The position numbers and the translations under genes were made by a program. From Chthoniobacteraceae bacterium (GTDB taxonomy: Bacteria; Verrucomicrobiota; Verrucomicrobiia; Chthoniobacterales; Chthoniobacteraceae): DNA of 29,323 bases. The stretch's first letter is position 1, and the number at the start of each line of letters is the position of its first letter. Positions 26,182 through 29,323 of the stretch are shown piece by piece. The stretch lies in the NCBI GenBank assembly GCA_040081625.1, contig JBEBGD010000068.1, forward strand, positions 1 through 29,323, in the 5' to 3' direction. The notes under the pieces are model-generated. The model searched no databases. It was given only the letters and a program-made list of their open reading frames with translations, and had not been told where the DNA came from.

Positions 26182-27545
26182 AAACAAAAGTGCTTCACAG
26201 TCTCCTCAGTCTCGCGCTCGCGACCGGCGCATCCGCCGCGGTGCTCCGCGACGGTCACACCGACCTCGGCATCGCCTACGAAGACAATAAACTCTTCCCG
26301 CACATCCACGATGAAGGGGACGACATCGAATACACGCCTGGCGCAGCCGTGCTGCTCGTGAAACACGCCGCTTACGAAGCGATCCCCGTCGGGACCGACT
26401 ACGATTTCCTGCGGCCGGGTGGTGAGACGCATGTCTGGCGGCTGCCGAAGGTGGAAGATCCCAACCTGCTCTTCCTCGGCTTCGGCACCGAAGAGATCGA
26501 TCCCGGCGTGCTCGTTGGCGATGTCGTCAAAATCCGGCTCAGCGCGCTGAGCGGACCGGTAGGCGGCAAGTTCGCCTGCTATGACGTCGATAGCTTTGGC
26601 GCACCGGTGGCCATCTTCAACTCCGGCGACGGCATCTCCGCTGCCGACACCTACGTCATCCCCATCGGCGGTCATCAGGACCTCAACTGGACCTTCTCAC
26701 AGCCCGGCGACTACCGCGTCACCTTCACCATCACCGCGAAGGTCGGCACGGTGAACAAGACCGCGACAGCGGTGTATAAATTTCACGTCCAGACGGCTGC
26801 CGAAGCCGCCGCGCCCGGCGTGCTCGTCTCGCGCGACGGTCTCGCGCTGGACATCGGTGGTGTCGTGCTGACCACGCTCGAAAACGCCGACTTCACGACG
26901 GGCGTGCTCCTCGTGAGTTTCAGCGGCGAAGACGTGACCGCGGCAAACAACACCGCGATCGTGCAAGCGAGCGCGACCGGCGTCTCGACCGTGCTGGTGC
27001 GCGAGGGCGATGAGCCAGCGAACCTGCCGGGCTTGAAGTTCAGCACTCTCTCCAGCCCCGTCATCAGCGCCGCCGGTTCGCTCGCCTTCAGCGGCAACCT
27101 CCGCCTCGACGGCGCGGTCGTGACCGCGGCGAACAACGCCTACCTCGCGCTCAAGGACGGTGCGGCCACGAGCGTGATCGCCCGCGAAGGCGACACCGCT
27201 GCCGGGCAGGCTGCCGAGTGGAAATGGAATACATTCGGCGTGCGGCTGATTAGCGAAGACGGGATTCTGATCTTCCAAGCCTCAATCATCGATCGCACGC
27301 CGCCGGCGGTGCGGATTCGCTCCGGCTACTGGCGCCGCGACGCCGCCGGCACGATCCTGCCACTCGGTGTTACCGGCACCGTGCTCACCACCGAGATCGG
27401 CCCGAAAATCGTGAGTAGCATCGGCCTGCCAAATCCCGGCACGAGCCGCGACCAGACCCGAGCGTTCGACCAGTTCGGCGCGCTCAACCTGCTCGTCGGT
27501 TTCACCGACCGCACTGCATCTGTCGTGCGTTTCGCCGCGCCGTAG
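26178..27545 (+). CDS. Secreted protein with an N-terminal choice-of-anchor-M (TIGR03769-like) domain and a C-terminal repeat domain
   Basis: ATGA overlap; signal MKTKVLHSLLSLALATGASA; GHTDLG, HIHDE, YDFL, VWRLP, LLFLGFGTEE, GGHQDLNWTFSQPGDYRVTF; C-terminal REGD-type repeats ending FTDRTASVVRFAAP. Confidence 0.85.
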   Translation: MKTKVLHSLLSLALATGASAAVLRDGHTDLGIAYEDNKLFPHIHDEGDDIEYTPGAAVLLVKHAAYEAIPVGTDYDFLRPGGETHVWRLPKVEDPNLLFLGFGTEEIDPGVLVGDVVKIRLSALSGPVGGKFACYDVDSFGAPVAIFNSGDGISAADTYVIPIGGHQDLNWTFSQPGDYRVTFTITAKVGTVNKTATAVYKFHVQTAAEAAAPGVLVSRDGLALDIGGVVLTTLENADFTTGVLLVSFSGEDVTAANNTAIVQASATGVSTVLVREGDEPANLPGLKFSTLSSPVISAAGSLAFSGNLRLDGAVVTAANNAYLALKDGAATSVIAREGDTAAGQAAEWKWNTFGVRLISEDGILIFQASIIDRTPPAVRIRSGYWRRDAAGTILPLGVTGTVLTTEIGPKIVSSIGLPNPGTSRDQTRAFDQFGALNLLVGFTDRTASVVRFAAP

Positions 27546-27553
27546 TCCGGTTT

Positions 27554-27622
27554 GCCGTGCGGGGCAGCCGGGGTCGCGAAAGATCGCGTGATGTTCGAAC
27601 GCGCCCCCGCTCCCCGCACGGC
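27554..27622. other. Long GC-rich stem-loop between convergent genes
   Basis: GCCGTGCGGGG (27554-27564) pairs perfectly with CCCCGCACGGC (27612-27622), extended inward by AGC/GCT and GGGG/CCCC. Confidence 0.65.
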
Positions 27623-27637
27623 CTCCTGCATTGCGCT

Positions 27638-28954
27638 CTACTTCCCCTCGCCGCCGAGCCGTCCGCCGATCGCGCGGCGCAGCGCGAACTGCGCGCGGTT
27701 GTATTCGGTCACGACGGTCAGGTAATCGAGCCGCGATCGCGTGAGATCCTGCTCGGCCTGGATGTTCTCGAGCACTTCGCCGACTCCGAACTGCTGGCGC
27801 TGCCGCGCAAGCTTGAGCGCTTCCTCGGACGCGGCGAGCGCTTCGCGCGCGGAGGTGAGCTGGTCGCCGTAGGACTGCACGCGCGCGTGCGCCTCGACGA
27901 CCTGCCGCTTCACCTCCAGCTCCAGCCTCTCGGCGGACAACTCCGCGATCCGAAGCCGCGCGGTGCTCGCGTCGATGCGCGGAAAATCGCCGATGCCACC
28001 GGGGCCGATGCGCCACGAGAGGCCGACGCCGAGGTCGTGCGAATCGTTCGTGTGGCTCGGCCCGTCGTCGCGCCGGCCACCGCCGAGGCCGCCGTAGAAA
28101 TACTCCGCGCGCACGCTCGGGACGAGCGGCCCGTAGATCGTGCCGGCGCGCGCCTTCGCCGCCGCCTCGCGCTCAGCGCCGGATTGCCGAAGCTCGGGAC
28201 GATTCGCCACCGCACCATTCACGAGCGACGCGAGGCTCTGGCCGCGCTCGATCAGCCGCACCGGCGCCGGCTCCGCGCGCTCGGGCCGGAGGTCGATCGT
28301 CGGCGACATGCGCAGCGCCGTCGCCAGCCGCGCGGCGGCGACGCGGCGCTGCTCCTGCGCCTGCCGCAGCAGCAGCCGGTTCTTCTCGGCCTGCGCCTTC
28401 GAGCGAAATTGGTCACCCTTGAACCCGAGCCCGGCGCCGACGGCCTGTTTCACCTGGCTCGCGTAGTCGTCGGCGATGTTCACGGACTCGAGCGCGACCT
28501 TCGTCGCCGCGCTCGCGCGCGTGAGATCGAGGAAGGCGGACACGGCTTGAAACACACTCTCCTGCCGCTGCGATTCCGCGCCGAATTCCGCCGCCGCGAC
28601 GAGCCGCGCGGCGACCATCGACTTGTAGATCGAATCGCCGAGGTCGAGTTGCGCGGCGACGCTCACGCCGAGCGCGAGGCTCTGCTTGTCGATGTCGAGG
28701 ATGTCGCCCTCGACGTTCTGGATATTCCCCTCGTGGCGTTTGTAGGCGAGGCCCGGCGCGAGATACGGAAAGAACTGCGCGAGCGCCTGCCGGTGATTCG
28801 CCTCGGCCTCGACGAAGCGCTGCTGCGCGAGCTGGATGTCGATGTTGTCCGCGCCGGCGATCCGCATGACGGCGGCAAGATTGATCGGCTGCGCGGCGGG
28901 CTCGGCGGCGAAAGCGGAAAGCGCGAGCAGCGGGAGAAAGCGGAGCGTTTTCAT
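27638..28954 (-). CDS. TolC family outer-membrane efflux protein
   Basis: Signal MKTLRFLPLLALSAFA; two helical repeats with FPYLAPG and NRPELRQ, LKLARQRQQFGVG..LE..QAE.DL...RLDY...YNRAQF.L..AIG. Confidence 0.9.
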   Translation of the reverse strand: MKTLRFLPLLALSAFAAEPAAQPINLAAVMRIAGADNIDIQLAQQRFVEAEANHRQALAQFFPYLAPGLAYKRHEGNIQNVEGDILDIDKQSLALGVSVAAQLDLGDSIYKSMVAARLVAAAEFGAESQRQESVFQAVSAFLDLTRASAATKVALESVNIADDYASQVKQAVGAGLGFKGDQFRSKAQAEKNRLLLRQAQEQRRVAAARLATALRMSPTIDLRPERAEPAPVRLIERGQSLASLVNGAVANRPELRQSGAEREAAAKARAGTIYGPLVPSVRAEYFYGGLGGGRRDDGPSHTNDSHDLGVGLSWRIGPGGIGDFPRIDASTARLRIAELSAERLELEVKRQVVEAHARVQSYGDQLTSAREALAASEEALKLARQRQQFGVGEVLENIQAEQDLTRSRLDYLTVVTEYNRAQFALRRAIGGRLGGEGK

Positions 28955-29323
28955 TCGGTGACTTGCACGGGCTGTCCGTCGGTGAAGGTCGCCTTGCCGA
29001 CAAGGATGACGGCCTCGCCTTCCGCGACACCGGTCAGGATTTCGGCACGGGCGCCGTCATTGAAACCGAGCGTCACCGCGGTCTTCTTCGCCTTGCCGTC
29101 GGCGATCTTGAAGACGAACCCGTTCGCCTTCTCCATCACGAGCGCCTCGACCGGGACGGCGAGCACGTTGTCGTGGTGATCGACGCCGATTTTGACCGTC
29201 GCGAACATGCCGGGGCGCAGCGTTCCTTCCGCGTTCGGCAGATCGGCTTCGACGATCATCGTGCGCGTCGCTTCGTCGATCGCGCCCGCGGTGCGCGAGA
29301 CTTTCGCGTCGAAGGTTTTCCCC
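28951..29323 (-). CDS. Efflux RND transporter periplasmic adaptor subunit (5' end off the window)
   Basis: GKTFDAKVSRTAGAIDEATRTMIVEADLPNAEGTLRPGMFA...VLAVPVEAL...EILTGVAEGEAV; stop overlaps the TolC start (ATGA). Confidence 0.92.
   Translation of the reverse strand, partial: GKTFDAKVSRTAGAIDEATRTMIVEADLPNAEGTLRPGMFATVKIGVDHHDNVLAVPVEALVMEKANGFVFKIADGKAKKTAVTLGFNDGARAEILTGVAEGEAVILVGKATFTDGQPVQVTE

Noticed and set aside
27638..29323. TolC/RND adaptor as part of the Fur-family operon
   Set aside because: Opposite strand and convergent; its promoter and inner-membrane pump lie outside the window, so no link can be supported.

Overview
GC-rich bacterial window. Gene content (PEP-CTERM, prepilin H-X9-DG, delta-60 and Tat Gfo proteins) suggests Verrucomicrobiota, probably Chthoniobacterales-like; this is inference. 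The left half is mostly housekeeping and envelope genes: rplY (partial), prs, an outer-membrane beta-barrel, a secreted hypothetical, a Tat Gfo/Idh/MocA oxidoreductase coupled to a beta-helix protein, a UbiD-family decarboxylase, HU, an EPS priming sugar transferase plus GT4, cysH-cysD-cysN, dksA-like/rpmG/rpsR and a Tat-exported SOD. The right half is accessory. A minus-strand esterase/MFS/NanA-like sugar-acid catabolic set is split by a doubly broken ~3.6 kb delta-60 surface-protein gene. Next comes the most interesting locus: a Fur-family (Zur-like) regulator, a promoter bracketed by two TGCAA-N5-TTGCA boxes, and a translationally coupled operon encoding a His-rich prepilin-type protein and two choice-of-anchor-M-like surface proteins with different C-terminal anchors. 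This is a candidate metal (zinc)-scavenging system. The window ends in TolC and a partial RND adaptor. Several intergenic regions hold small decayed gene fragments. No rRNA, tRNA, CRISPR array or transposase was seen. All family calls come from motif recognition by eye, not database searches.
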